Below, in pieces: positions 9,397 through 19,555 of a stretch of DNA of 64,000 nt. The notes below the pieces were generated by a model, which saw only the letters and a program-made list of their open reading frames with translations, searched no databases and was not told the origin of the DNA. Made by a program: the position numbers and the translations under genes. This stretch comes from Gammaproteobacteria bacterium (GTDB taxonomy: Bacteria; Pseudomonadota; Gammaproteobacteria; GCA-001735895). The stretch is from contig JBNKMF010000011.1 of assembly GCA_050292965.1 (NCBI GenBank), forward strand, positions 5,010 through 69,009, written 5' to 3'. Numbering within the stretch: position 1 is the stretch's first letter; every line of letters begins with the position of its first letter.

Positions 9397-10806
9397 TTAA
9401 AACAGTGAGGCGTTAATCAAAAAATGCACCCAGATGCTAGCAGCATAACCCAGCGCGATAACCGGCATCCATTTCAAATGACCAAAAAAGGTATACTGTC
9501 CTCGTGCCTGTCCCATCAAAGCAACACCTGCCGCTGATCCAATTGAGAGCAATGAACCACCTACACCCGCAGTCAAGGTAACCAGCAACCATTGACCGGT
9601 AACCATTTCCGGATTCATGGTCAACACTGCAAACATAACCGGAATATTATCGACGATGGCAGAAAGTACCCCGACAGTCACATTGGCTGTAGTAGCGCCC
9701 CATTGCGTATACATCAGCTCAGACACCAGACCTAGATATCCCAGAAATCCCAGGCCGCCCACACAGGCTACCACTCCGTAGAAAAACAGCAGCGTATCCC
9801 ACTCTGCACGAGCCACAGGCACAAACACATCAAAGGGTACAATCTCTCCCAGTGAATTATTCGGTCCTGCCTGAGCCATCTTGTTGGTCTTTTTCAGGTA
9901 ATAGCCAAAGATTTGCAGATAGGAAAGCCCCGTCAACATGCCTATCACTGGAGGCAAGTGCAGAAAGTTATGAAAAGAAACCGCTGTAATAATCGTTAGC
10001 AGAAAAAGCATGATAATGCGTTTCGCACCACGTTTCATTTGAATATCTTCAGTATTCGGCTCAGGTGTTTCATTCGGTATGGCGAAATGCATAAAAGCCG
10101 CTGGTACCAGAAAGTTTACCGCCGCAGGCACAAATAACGCAAAAAAGCCCCAGAAATGAACAAAACCTTTCTGCCAAACCATCAGGGTCGTAATATCGCC
10201 AAACGGTGAAAATGCGCCACCCGCATTTGCGGCGACAACAATATTTATACAGGACAAAGTGACAAATTTAGTATTACTACCACCTACAGCCATCACTACG
10301 GCGCACATCAATAATGCCGTTGTCAGATTATCCGCAACCGGTGAGATGAAAAATGCCAACAGGCCTGTTATCCAGAACACTGCTCTAAACCCCAGACCAG
10401 AGCTAACCAGCTTAACTCTTAAGACGTCAAAAACCCTATGCTCATCCATGCTGTTTACATAGGTCATAGCAACCAGCAGGAATAGCATTAATTCTGCGTA
10501 TTCGAGGAGGTTATGGCGGATCGCATGTTCCGGTAGCGCTTCCATCCCCGGATACCCCTGATACACCAGTGCAATCATTCCCCAGATCAGGCCTGCAGCC
10601 AGTATCACTGGCTTGGATTTACGCAAATGGGTAAATTCCTCAGCCATAACAAACAGGTAGGCCACCACAAAGATTAATATGGCGGCATAGCCCACTGTAC
10701 TGGACGTGAGATCCAGCGGTTTTTCAATAACTTCGGCCGCAGCTACACTTATTCCCGGGATAATCATAGCGACCACCCCTGATAACAACACCAGCAATTT
10801 ATTCAT
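9397..10806 (-). CDS. nhaD: NhaD-family Na+/H+ antiporter (copy 2)
   Basis: Same motifs as copy 1. Collinear over the full length. Confidence 0.8.
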   Translation of the reverse strand: MNKLLVLLSGVVAMIIPGISVAAAEVIEKPLDLTSSTVGYAAILIFVVAYLFVMAEEFTHLRKSKPVILAAGLIWGMIALVYQGYPGMEALPEHAIRHNLLEYAELMLFLLVAMTYVNSMDEHRVFDVLRVKLVSSGLGFRAVFWITGLLAFFISPVADNLTTALLMCAVVMAVGGSNTKFVTLSCINIVVAANAGGAFSPFGDITTLMVWQKGFVHFWGFFALFVPAAVNFLVPAAFMHFAIPNETPEPNTEDIQMKRGAKRIIMLFLLTIITAVSFHNFLHLPPVIGMLTGLSYLQIFGYYLKKTNKMAQAGPNNSLGEIVPFDVFVPVARAEWDTLLFFYGVVACVGGLGFLGYLGLVSELMYTQWGATTANVTVGVLSAIVDNIPVMFAVLTMNPEMVTGQWLLVTLTAGVGGSLLSIGSAAGVALMGQARGQYTFFGHLKWMPVIALGYAASIWVHFLINASLF

Positions 10807-10819
10807 ACCATTCTGAAAC

Positions 10820-12826
10820 CTAAAAAATCAAACCCATCATCAGCATCATAACGACCAAAAACAGCACGGTCATGATGCCACCTGCTTTCATAAAATCAGG
10901 GACTCTATACCCTGCAGGTCCCATGATCAATGCATTAACTTGATGAGTTGGTATGATAAAAGAATTGGAAGTAGCAATAGCGACTGTTAAAGCAAACAAT
11001 GCTGGGCTGGCACCCACGCCTATCGCAATATTTACCGCCAATGGCACCAGTAAAACCGTCGCCCCGACATTAGACATGACCAGTGTAAAAAATGTCGCCA
11101 GTGCCGCCACTGATAACTGGATGACCCAAATTGATGCATCGCCGACCACATAAAGCACCTGTTCAGCAATCCATTTAGCGGTTCCACTGGTTTCAACAGC
11201 TAGCCCCAAGGGGATTAATGAAGCCAGCAGAAAAACCGTTTTCCAGCTCACCGCCTCATAGGCTTCTTCAATCTTCAACACCCCCGATAACACCATTCCG
11301 ATGGCACCGGTTAACAGTGCAATCGACAGGCGGAGATCAGAAAATAAAACGAGTCCTAGCGCGATGGAAAAAAACAGGCCTGCCCACTTTAATTTTTCTG
11401 GACGCAGCTTTTCTTCGTGTGGGTATTCGGTGGTTACCACCACAAAATTTCGGTCATGGCTCAGTCGTTCAAGTGATAACCAGGTGGTATGCACGACCAG
11501 TGTATCACCCGCATTAAAAGGCATGTCTCGGATATAATCCCCTTCACGTAGCGTTTCCCCATTTCGATGCAGGGCAACCAGTGCCAGACCATAGGTTTTA
11601 CGCATCCAGACATCGCGCGCTGACTTTCCTACCAGATTAGAGCCTGGGGGAATAACTACTTCTGCGATACCTGCCTTGGCAGTGGATAAAACTTCCACAA
11701 ATGTTCTTAACGAATCGCGTTTGAGTAGCTGATATTTTTCAACAAAGTGCTCAAGATGTCCTGGTGCCGCCACAACACCCAGTACCATACCCGGCTGAAA
11801 CTCGGTATCACGCGCCAGGGTACCTGGCCCCACCTGACTTTCCTGTCCACCTATCTTGTTTGCAATAATACGAATACGATATTTGGTTTCAACATCATCC
11901 AGTTTCTGGCCGATCAATTTACTGGTATCGGGAACCACGACTTCGTACAGGGAGTACTCAATATTGTAGACCTCGCGAAAATATTTCATTGGATCAGAAG
12001 ACTTGCCTTTCTCTGACTTGCTAACCGGTAAAACAAAACGACCAGCCAGCACAAAATAAATGATACCCGTCACCACCAATGCCAGCCCGACCGGCGTAAC
12101 CGAAAACAGGCCCCAGGTTTCCATCTGGTGTTCATCTGGCAATGCTTTATTGGAAGTAAGAATTAAATCGTTCAACAAAATCAAAGGGCTGGAACCAACC
12201 ATAGTGACCGTACCCCCAAGGATTGCAGTAAACCCCATAGGCATCAGCAAGCGTGACATAGGCAGTCCCGAACGCGATGAAATCCGGCTCACTACTGGCA
12301 GAAATAACGCTGCTGCACCCACATTTTGCATAAATGAAGAAATAATTCCGACTGTACCTGAGATGATAGGGATTATTCGCGTCTCAGTTGTTCCCCCAAT
12401 TCTTAGAATAAAGGACGCCACCTTACTCATTAAACCGGTTCGATCCAGACCAGATCCGATAATCATGACGGCAATAATCGACATAACCGCATTGGAACTG
12501 AAGCCATCAAAAAGATGGTTGGTATCAACCAGGCCCTGCTCCAACCCCATATAGGGCGCTAATAGTGAGGTTAATCCCAATAAAACCATGATCGACGCAG
12601 CCGCCACGTCAACACCAACAACCTCAAAGGCAAAAAGATAAATGGTTAGCATCAGGATGCCAGTGACCCAGGCAATCTGCACAGAAGGAACAACAGTCGC
12701 GAGATACCCCCCCAGTAGTACAAACACTAAAGCAGCAATTATCTGTTTAGGTGAAAAGTAGGAAGTTACAGATGATGACGAAGTACTGTCTGAAGAGGAC
12801 GCAACAGACTGTGTTGATGCATTCAT
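10820..12826 (-). CDS. SLC13/DASS-type permease with central TrkA-C (RCK-C) domains
   Basis: Two polytopic halves separated by a soluble insert of about 200 aa (…IGQKLDDVETKYRIRIIAN…, …VGKSARDVWMRKTYGLALVALHR…). Only 13 nt upstream of nhaD copy 2. Confidence 0.7.
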   Translation of the reverse strand: MNASTQSVASSSDSTSSSSVTSYFSPKQIIAALVFVLLGGYLATVVPSVQIAWVTGILMLTIYLFAFEVVGVDVAAASIMVLLGLTSLLAPYMGLEQGLVDTNHLFDGFSSNAVMSIIAVMIIGSGLDRTGLMSKVASFILRIGGTTETRIIPIISGTVGIISSFMQNVGAAALFLPVVSRISSRSGLPMSRLLMPMGFTAILGGTVTMVGSSPLILLNDLILTSNKALPDEHQMETWGLFSVTPVGLALVVTGIIYFVLAGRFVLPVSKSEKGKSSDPMKYFREVYNIEYSLYEVVVPDTSKLIGQKLDDVETKYRIRIIANKIGGQESQVGPGTLARDTEFQPGMVLGVVAAPGHLEHFVEKYQLLKRDSLRTFVEVLSTAKAGIAEVVIPPGSNLVGKSARDVWMRKTYGLALVALHRNGETLREGDYIRDMPFNAGDTLVVHTTWLSLERLSHDRNFVVVTTEYPHEEKLRPEKLKWAGLFFSIALGLVLFSDLRLSIALLTGAIGMVLSGVLKIEEAYEAVSWKTVFLLASLIPLGLAVETSGTAKWIAEQVLYVVGDASIWVIQLSVAALATFFTLVMSNVGATVLLVPLAVNIAIGVGASPALFALTVAIATSNSFIIPTHQVNALIMGPAGYRVPDFMKAGGIMTVLFLVVMMLMMGLIF

Positions 12827-13051
12827 TTATTTACCTCAGTTGTTACAGACTTATCAGCAAAATCAATCCGGAGATTTTGCCTGCACACTCTGTGCGTCTG
12901 TTTTATTTATATATGAGACCATTCCTGGCAGAGAATGTAAAACGTCCAAAAGGAATATATCTAACTATATTTTACTATCCAAAAAAACTTAGAAATCATG
13001 AATATTATTAGTGGAAACATCAAATGATATAGAATACATTAATATTCCAAT

Positions 13052-13960
13052 ATGGAATATAGAAACCTCCCTGACTTAAAAGGCCTGGCAGCATTACGTG
13101 CTGTTGTTGAACTAGGCGGCACCGAACAGGCGGCTAATTTTTTACACATTGGTCAACCAGCCGTGACCAAGCGTTTGCGTGCTCTGGATGAATGCTACGG
13201 CAGCTCGTTAATGCTGCGCAAAGGTCGCAAACTGGAACTGACTGCAGCCGGAGACCGGGTATATGCATTTGCTCGCTTGGCTCTCGACCACCAGACAACA
13301 CTGCTGGAGGATCTGCAGAGCCTGACTCAGGGAAAGAACAAGTTACGCCTGGAAGTTACTTTTGCTATTGGCGAACACCTGCTTCCAGAGCTGCTGCTTA
13401 GCTTTTCTGACAACTTCCCTGAATATCAGATTCAAAGTCGCATGGGGTATTCACGCAGGATTCAAACCCGACTGGCAACCGGTCTGGTCGATCTGGCATT
13501 ACTGGAGCTGGCACCAGACCACCCTGACATTCTGGTACAGAAATGGATTGATGATGAGTTAATCCTGGTGTGCGCACCCAATCATGCACTCAGTGGGTAT
13601 GACAGTATTTCTCTACAGCAATTGAATGAACAGAAATTTGTGCTACGCGAGACCAATTCATCTATACGTAGAATTCTTGACCAAGTTTTGCGGGACGCAG
13701 GGATTGGAAGTCTGGATATTTCGCTTGAGGTAGGGTCTACCGACACGATTGTTGAAATACTCAACCGAGGAAGGCATATGAGTTTTCTACCCAGATTTGC
13801 AGTAGCCGATGCACTAGCCAATCATCAGTTACAACAAATCAGGGTCGAACCACTCAAAATAATCATCACGCTATGGATTGCGCGTAACCGTGCCAACATC
13901 AACAACCCTGTAGCCGAAGCCTTTGTACAATCGGTCAGAAACTTAACTTCTAAAAATTAG
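13052..13960 (+). CDS. LysR-family transcriptional regulator
   Basis: wHTH AANFLHIGQPAVTKRLRALDE plus a LysR effector domain. Divergent from the SLC13-nhaD-nhaD block. Confidence 0.85.
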   Translation: MEYRNLPDLKGLAALRAVVELGGTEQAANFLHIGQPAVTKRLRALDECYGSSLMLRKGRKLELTAAGDRVYAFARLALDHQTTLLEDLQSLTQGKNKLRLEVTFAIGEHLLPELLLSFSDNFPEYQIQSRMGYSRRIQTRLATGLVDLALLELAPDHPDILVQKWIDDELILVCAPNHALSGYDSISLQQLNEQKFVLRETNSSIRRILDQVLRDAGIGSLDISLEVGSTDTIVEILNRGRHMSFLPRFAVADALANHQLQQIRVEPLKIIITLWIARNRANINNPVAEAFVQSVRNLTSKN

Positions 13961-13962
13961 TT

Positions 13963-14670
13963 TTAATTCTGTAGCTTCTGAAACATTAAATCCCACACTC
14001 CATGCCCCAGACGGTGTCCACGGCGTTCAAACCGGGTCACAGGTCGATAATCGGGTTTAGCGCAATACCCCTGAGCATCACCAAGATTTTTAAAGCGAGA
14101 ATCTGAGAATAGATCTGCCGCCATATGCTTAGCATACTCCTGCCAGTCAGTCGCCATATGTAAAACGCCTTCAGGCTTTAATGAGCGGAACAATAAATCG
14201 CGAAACTGCTGATTTACAATACGCCGCTTGTGATGCCTTTTCTTATGCCAGGGATCGGGGAAAAACAGAAATACACGCTCGAGGCTTTGTGCAGGCATCA
14301 TATTTTGCAAAACCTCAATCGCATCATGCGTCATCAGTTTTAAATTATGGATGCCGCCCTCATGAATCAGTTTCAGACAATGACCGACACCAGGCTCATG
14401 CACTTCTATGCCAATATAGGCGGAACCTGGATCGGCTGCCGCCATCTGCACCAACGATTCACCATTACCAAAACCGATCTCTAGCTTCAAGCGATTCAGG
14501 CCTGGAAAAAGCTGTTGAATATCAATCGGCACTTCAGGGTTATAGTCGACTCCATAAAGTGGCCAATATTCCGTTAGCGCAAACTCCTGCCCGCTGGTTA
14601 GGCGACCTGTACGCTTAACAAAACTTCTGATTGAACGCTTTTTTAGCGCTACCTGATCATCTAAATTCAT
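13963..14670 (-). CDS. trmB: tRNA (guanine46-N7)-methyltransferase
   Basis: FPDPWHKKRHHKRR and EIGFGNGE motifs. Conserved thiG-trmB linkage. Confidence 0.9.
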   Translation of the reverse strand: MNLDDQVALKKRSIRSFVKRTGRLTSGQEFALTEYWPLYGVDYNPEVPIDIQQLFPGLNRLKLEIGFGNGESLVQMAAADPGSAYIGIEVHEPGVGHCLKLIHEGGIHNLKLMTHDAIEVLQNMMPAQSLERVFLFFPDPWHKKRHHKRRIVNQQFRDLLFRSLKPEGVLHMATDWQEYAKHMAADLFSDSRFKNLGDAQGYCAKPDYRPVTRFERRGHRLGHGVWDLMFQKLQN

Positions 14671-14684
14671 ACGACGTAATTAGT

Positions 14685-15473
14685 TTAGGAAATAACACCT
14701 TCAATGGGCGAAGAAGCCGATGCATAGCGCTTTTTCGGCATACGCCCAGCGAGGAATGCTTCGCGTCCCGCCTGAATACCTTTTTTCATTGCCGACGCCA
14801 TTAACACAGGATCTTTTGCTGCAGCTATGGCGGTATTCATTAACACACCATCACAACCCAGCTCCATCGCAATTGCTGCATCTGACGCCGTACCCACACC
14901 GGCATCAACAATGACAGGCACATTGGCATTTTCAATAATTTCCAGAATATTGTAGGGGTTTCGAATACCCAGACCAGAACCTATCGGAGCGGCCAGCGGC
15001 ATCACTGCAACACAACCAATCTCTTCCAGTAATTTTGCGATAACAGGATCATCATTGGTATAAACCATAACATCAAAACCATCTGCCACCAGCGTCTCAG
15101 CCGCCTTCAAGGTATCCAGAACCTGTGGAAACAGCGTCTTCTGATCTGCTAATACTTCCAGTTTGACCAGATTGTGACCATCCAGTAATTCGCGTGCAAG
15201 CTGACAGGTACGTACAGCATCTTTGGCATTAAAGCAGCCTGCTGTGTTGGGCAAAATGGTGTAGCGATCAGGTGGTACCACATCCAGCAAATTAGGCTCA
15301 CCAGCATTCTGGCCAATATTGGTTCGACGTATTGCTACGGTAATAATCTCAGCCTCACTGGCTTCAGTCGCCAGCCGAGTTTCCTGCAGATCTTTATACT
15401 TTCCGGAACCCACCAGTAAACGTGAGTGATACTGCTTACCTGCGATCGTTAAAATATCTTTTGAACCGGCCAC
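14685..15473 (-). CDS. thiG: Thiazole synthase
   Basis: [17 protein letters not shown] and GSGLG motifs. Immediately downstream of thiS. Confidence 0.9.
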   Translation of the reverse strand: MAGSKDILTIAGKQYHSRLLVGSGKYKDLQETRLATEASEAEIITVAIRRTNIGQNAGEPNLLDVVPPDRYTILPNTAGCFNAKDAVRTCQLARELLDGHNLVKLEVLADQKTLFPQVLDTLKAAETLVADGFDVMVYTNDDPVIAKLLEEIGCVAVMPLAAPIGSGLGIRNPYNILEIIENANVPVIVDAGVGTASDAAIAMELGCDGVLMNTAIAAAKDPVLMASAMKKGIQAGREAFLAGRMPKKRYASASSPIEGVIS

Positions 15474-15674
15474 TTAGCCTCCTCCAATTGCATGAATAAT
15501 TTCGATTTTGTCATCCTGATAGATAACCGTAGCGTCGTGCTGACTTTTAGGCACAATGGATTCATTGATTTCTACCGCTATGCGTTTGCCTGAAATCCCC
15601 AGCTGAGTTAACAATGTAGAAAGCAAGATGCCATCATTTAATGTATGGCCTTCACCATTGATTATGACCTGCAT
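15474..15674 (-). CDS. thiS: Sulfur-carrier protein ThiS
   Basis: 66 aa with a ubiquitin-like fold signature and a C-terminal GG. Abuts thiG. Confidence 0.85.
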   Translation of the reverse strand: MQVIINGEGHTLNDGILLSTLLTQLGISGKRIAVEINESIVPKSQHDATVIYQDDKIEIIHAIGGG

Positions 15675-15765
15675 TGACTGACTCCCAATAAACCGGTGTG
15701 CGATTTTACACCAAAAGCGATATCATGTGAGCGCATATTCATCCTTAAATAATCAGAATAAATAA

Positions 15766-16842
15766 ATGAAAAAAGTAATAGTCGTCGGTGGAGGAATCAT
15801 CGGCTTATTCAGCGCGTATGAGTTAGAAAAAAGCGGCTTTGAAGTCACCGTCATAGACCGTCAACAATTTGGTCAGGAATCTTCCTGGGCCGGTGGCGGA
15901 ATTATCTCTCCCCTGTTCCCCTGGCGCTATCCTGATGAAATTACTGATCTGGCCAGCATCAGTCAGCAACTTTATCCAGACGTCATAGATGAAATGCAAC
16001 AGGCTACCGGTCTTGAGGCAGAGTACCTGCCTAGTGGTATGCTTGTTGTCGGCGATTATGACTCTGAAAATCCCTATGAGTGGACTCAACGCACCCAAAT
16101 CAATATGCAACAGGTAGATAAGACAGAATTGAGTCAGCTTGCTCCTGAACTATCTGATACCTATCAAAAAGGTTACTGGTTCCCACAGGTGCACCAGGTG
16201 CGCAACCCACGATTAGTCGCTCTGGCCTTAGCCTATTTAAAGCTATGCAATATTCGCCTGATCGAAAACCAACCCGTGGACGAAATCCTCACCCAAACTG
16301 GCAAGATCACTGGTGTTAAGACACAACAGGGCACTTATGATGCAGATGCCGTAGTAGTTTCCGGTGGTGCCTGGACTTCAAACATTATTGATAAACAAGC
16401 AATCGACAGAACGATTAAACCCATTAAAGGCCAGATGCTATTACTCAAAGGCAAACCCAATACTGTTAGACGTATCATCCTGTCAGATGATCGATACATA
16501 ATTCCAAGAAAAGATGGGCGCATACTGGTAGGGAGTACCACCGAAGATGCGGGATTCGACAAAAAAACTACCATCTCGGCAAAGCAGGAGTTATACGATT
16601 ATGCTATATCAACCATACCTGAGCTAAGACAATACGAAATCGAGAGACACTGGGCGGGCTTACGCCCCTCACCCTCTGATGGAATACCTGTTATAGGACA
16701 ACACCCTGAACTCGAAAACCTTTTTATCAATAGCGGTCACTATCGAAATGGCGTTGTCATGGCTCCCGCGTCGGTACGTTTATTAGCTGAAATCATGACT
16801 CATAAAAACACCTCTCTGCCCCAGCAAAACTACGCGCCATGA
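15766..16842 (+). CDS. thiO: FAD-dependent glycine oxidase (ThiO-like)
   Basis: N-terminal Rossmann motif VIVVGGGIIGL, a DAO-family body, and divergent placement from thiSG. Confidence 0.75.
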   Translation: MKKVIVVGGGIIGLFSAYELEKSGFEVTVIDRQQFGQESSWAGGGIISPLFPWRYPDEITDLASISQQLYPDVIDEMQQATGLEAEYLPSGMLVVGDYDSENPYEWTQRTQINMQQVDKTELSQLAPELSDTYQKGYWFPQVHQVRNPRLVALALAYLKLCNIRLIENQPVDEILTQTGKITGVKTQQGTYDADAVVVSGGAWTSNIIDKQAIDRTIKPIKGQMLLLKGKPNTVRRIILSDDRYIIPRKDGRILVGSTTEDAGFDKKTTISAKQELYDYAISTIPELRQYEIERHWAGLRPSPSDGIPVIGQHPELENLFINSGHYRNGVVMAPASVRLLAEIMTHKNTSLPQQNYAP

Positions 16843-16947
16843 GAACTTATTCACGACCTGAATTTGATGATAGACCGTTTATCCTAACAAACAAGACCCC
16901 TATCTATGGGTAGGTGATATTTTTCCAGACTAATCTAGGATTCAATT

Positions 16948-17472
16948 ATGAAAACATTACGCCCACATGGTTTTACATTACTGGAATTGATGGTCACTTT
17001 AGCGATCTCGGGTATCGTTATTGGGTTTGCAATTCCAGGCATGAACCAGTTTATAAAAAATGATCGCCTGACATCTTTTCGCAACGAGTTATTTACAGCC
17101 CTACAGTATGCTCGCAGTACTTCCGTACAACGCAACCAGCCAGTAATAGTCTGTGTCAGCTCAAATCAAACAAGCTGTACAGCTGGAACTTTTCAGGATG
17201 GCTGGATTGTCGGCATAGATCTAGATGACAGCGGAACCATTGATAACGCTAATGAACTATTGAAAGTCCAACAATCCATTAAAGCGAAGACTGCCGAGAT
17301 TCAATTTTTCAGCGACTTTGGTACATCTATTAATTTTGATAACCGTGGGTTTAGCCCTGATACCCATGGACGCATATCCGTTTGTGACGCCAGAGGAGAC
17401 GATTTTGGACAGGTGATAACCGTTTCGGTAACCGGCAGAGTCGGACGAGGGGATAACGCAACATGTTCATAA
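16948..17472 (+). CDS. fimT: Type IV pilus minor pilin, GspH/FimT/FimU family
   Basis: Prepilin leader ending in G followed by FTLLELMVTLAI. First gene of the minor-pilin operon. Confidence 0.8.
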   Translation: MKTLRPHGFTLLELMVTLAISGIVIGFAIPGMNQFIKNDRLTSFRNELFTALQYARSTSVQRNQPVIVCVSSNQTSCTAGTFQDGWIVGIDLDDSGTIDNANELLKVQQSIKAKTAEIQFFSDFGTSINFDNRGFSPDTHGRISVCDARGDDFGQVITVSVTGRVGRGDNATCS

Positions 17473-17948
17473 ATATCAATAAAATGAACCATCAAATGGG
17501 TCTAAGCCTGATTGAATCATTGATCACTTTGCTGGTGATATCCATCGGCTTGCTGGGTATAGCTTCTTTGCAAATGGCCAGTATGCAACAAACTGCCAGT
17601 GCTCAATGGCACAGTCAGGCGGCATGGTTCAGCTACGAAATGACTGATCGCATTTTCGCGAACTCTACAAACTTTGATCTTTATGACGGCATTGATACGG
17701 ATAACGCATCCAGCACGGATTGCAAAGCCAGCTCCTGTACAGCGGATCAAATCATGGCCGCAGATAACTGGGACTGGAGTGAAATGATCAAAGACCTTCC
17801 CGGTGGAAAAGGTGTTATCTACTCAACCGCCCCAGACACCTTAACTGTTTCCGTCATGTGGGATGATAATTCTGGCGAAAGCAACTGCACTAATGGTGAA
17901 CCAGCCTCTAAAACTCAATCCTGTTTCACGGTGACCATTACAAAATGA
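17463..17948 (+). CDS. pilV: Type IV pilus minor pilin PilV
   Basis: …QMG/LSLIESLITLLVISIGLLGIASLQ is typical of PilV. The start could instead be the internal ATG at 17484. Confidence 0.8.
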   Translation: MFININKMNHQMGLSLIESLITLLVISIGLLGIASLQMASMQQTASAQWHSQAAWFSYEMTDRIFANSTNFDLYDGIDTDNASSTDCKASSCTADQIMAADNWDWSEMIKDLPGGKGVIYSTAPDTLTVSVMWDDNSGESNCTNGEPASKTQSCFTVTITK

Positions 17949-19015
17949 AGAATTCAACCTCAAGACAATCCGGACTATCTCTAGTAGAGATTTTAGTAGC
18001 ACTGGTCATCAGCCTGTTCCTACTAGGCGGCATTATTCAGGTCTATATTGGCAACAAAGCTAACTATAACTTTTCAGATGCATCCTCGCGACTGCAGGAA
18101 AATGGACGTTTCGCGCTAGACAAAATTACTACTGATGTTCGCCTTGCTGGATTTTTTGGCTGCATTTCCTTAGACACTGCTAGCGATTTGATACAAAATC
18201 ATCTAAACAAAGCATCAGCTAACTATAACCCCGATATACATGACTTTATCAATTCAGCGCCTATCCAAATCACAGGTCATACTGGTCTGGATGGCTTATC
18301 AGATGAGTTGACCATAAGAGGCAGCAAACCCGGTCAGGCCACGGTTTCTACTACACTGAACAAGCCCGGGTCTGCCCCTATTCAGGTTAAAGGGAGCACA
18401 CCATTTAAAAGTCACGATATCGTGCTGATTACCAATTGCTGGACTTCAGATATTTTTGAAGCCAACTCCGCAAGTACTTCAAATACTGGCGTAACTACAC
18501 TAACTCATACCACGGCCGTCCCTGATCACACACCTGGCAACATGGATCTTAATGGTTGCGGTGCAAACTGCCTTATTGATGTAAATAGTGAAGATAGTAA
18601 TCTAGAGAGCGCCTATATGGAAAACAACTCGTCAGTCTATTCACTGCAAACCGTCACATACTCAATAAAACCAGCAACCAGCGATAAGACAATACCCGCT
18701 CTTTGGCGTGAGGAAAATGGTAACGACCAGGAACTTATCGAAGGCATTGAACAAATGATCGTATTATATGGTGTTGATAATTCTGTTGCTAATCCTGGTG
18801 AGGTAAAAACTCCCAATCAATACTTTGACAGCAACGAGCCAGCTGTAAATTTATCCGCGGTCACTGCCATTCGGGTATTTCTGGTAGCTCGTTCTGAACG
18901 TGATTTTGTACTGGAAGATAATCAGCACTACACAGTGAATGGTGTCGAGAAAACTGCTCCCGACTTACGTCGACGCCAGGTTTTCTCTGTCACTATCGAC
19001 CTACGCAACAGGTAA
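17945..19015 (+). CDS. pilW: Type IV pilus minor pilin PilW
   Basis: SG/LSLVEILVALVISLFLLGG…LQENGRFAL…DVRLAGFFGC. Overlaps the pilV stop (ATGA). Confidence 0.8.
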   Translation: MKNSTSRQSGLSLVEILVALVISLFLLGGIIQVYIGNKANYNFSDASSRLQENGRFALDKITTDVRLAGFFGCISLDTASDLIQNHLNKASANYNPDIHDFINSAPIQITGHTGLDGLSDELTIRGSKPGQATVSTTLNKPGSAPIQVKGSTPFKSHDIVLITNCWTSDIFEANSASTSNTGVTTLTHTTAVPDHTPGNMDLNGCGANCLIDVNSEDSNLESAYMENNSSVYSLQTVTYSIKPATSDKTIPALWREENGNDQELIEGIEQMIVLYGVDNSVANPGEVKTPNQYFDSNEPAVNLSAVTAIRVFLVARSERDFVLEDNQHYTVNGVEKTAPDLRRRQVFSVTIDLRNR

Positions 19016-19019
19016 TCTC

Positions 19020-19535
19020 ATGATGCCATATACTATTAAAAAGCAAACCGGAGCCGCACTAATCATCAGCCTTATTCTTCTACTGGCTATGACAATAATA
19101 TCCGTAACCTCAATGAAAGGAACAACAACCGAGCTCGCTATGGCCGGAAATTTGCGAGAATCTGCTATCACCTTTCAGGCTGCAGAAGTGGGGTTAAAAA
19201 CGGCTGAAGCATTACTTGATAAAGAAAATGAACCAGGCAATGTCATAGACAAAGATGCAATTGATCCTGATTATCTGGATGATAACACCTGGACTTCCTC
19301 CGCAGCTACCACGGTATCCGTATCTCTGCCAAACATTTCCAACAACCCTCAATTCATTATTAAAAACCTGGGGCAATGGGATCCTGATAAAAAAGTAAGC
19401 GTGGAAATTACAGGATACGATGAACAATCGCCTGCTCCAAAAGTTGATTATTTTAGATCAACAGCTCGAGGTTACGGAGTTACCGGCAACACTTATAGAA
19501 CCGTCCAGTCTTTTTATGGTCGGCCTGCCAAATAA
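19020..19535 (+). CDS. pilX: Type IV pilus minor pilin PilX
   Basis: Start taken at the ATG at 19020, just after the pilW stop (the ORF track extends upstream into pilW). GAALIISLILLLAMTIISVTSM lacks Glu5, as PilX does. Confidence 0.75.
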   Translation: MMPYTIKKQTGAALIISLILLLAMTIISVTSMKGTTTELAMAGNLRESAITFQAAEVGLKTAEALLDKENEPGNVIDKDAIDPDYLDDNTWTSSAATTVSVSLPNISNNPQFIIKNLGQWDPDKKVSVEITGYDEQSPAPKVDYFRSTARGYGVTGNTYRTVQSFYGRPAK

Positions 19536-19555
19536 CACAAGCATGGTGAAACACT

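Noticed and set aside
12060-12554. Long antisense or overlapping ORFs in the track (for example 12060..12554, 8592..8894, 1960..2187, 23028..23411, 24129..24470, 27754..28134, 40621..40956, 59319..59633)
   Set aside because: Each lies wholly within, and opposite or out of frame to, a gene with strong family motifs. The translations are low-complexity or Arg/Ser/Pro-rich, as is typical of shadow ORFs.
15675-15765. TPP riboswitch in the thiS/thiO divergent region
   Set aside because: The region is only 91 bp. I could not find the conserved CTGAGA or ACCTGATCTGGATAATGCCAGCG-type elements on either strand.
18939-19019. Upstream extension of the pilX ORF given in the track
   Set aside because: The extension overlaps the 3-prime end of pilW in another frame and adds a non-pilin-like leader. 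The ATG at 19020, right after the pilW stop, gives a normal PilX N-terminus.
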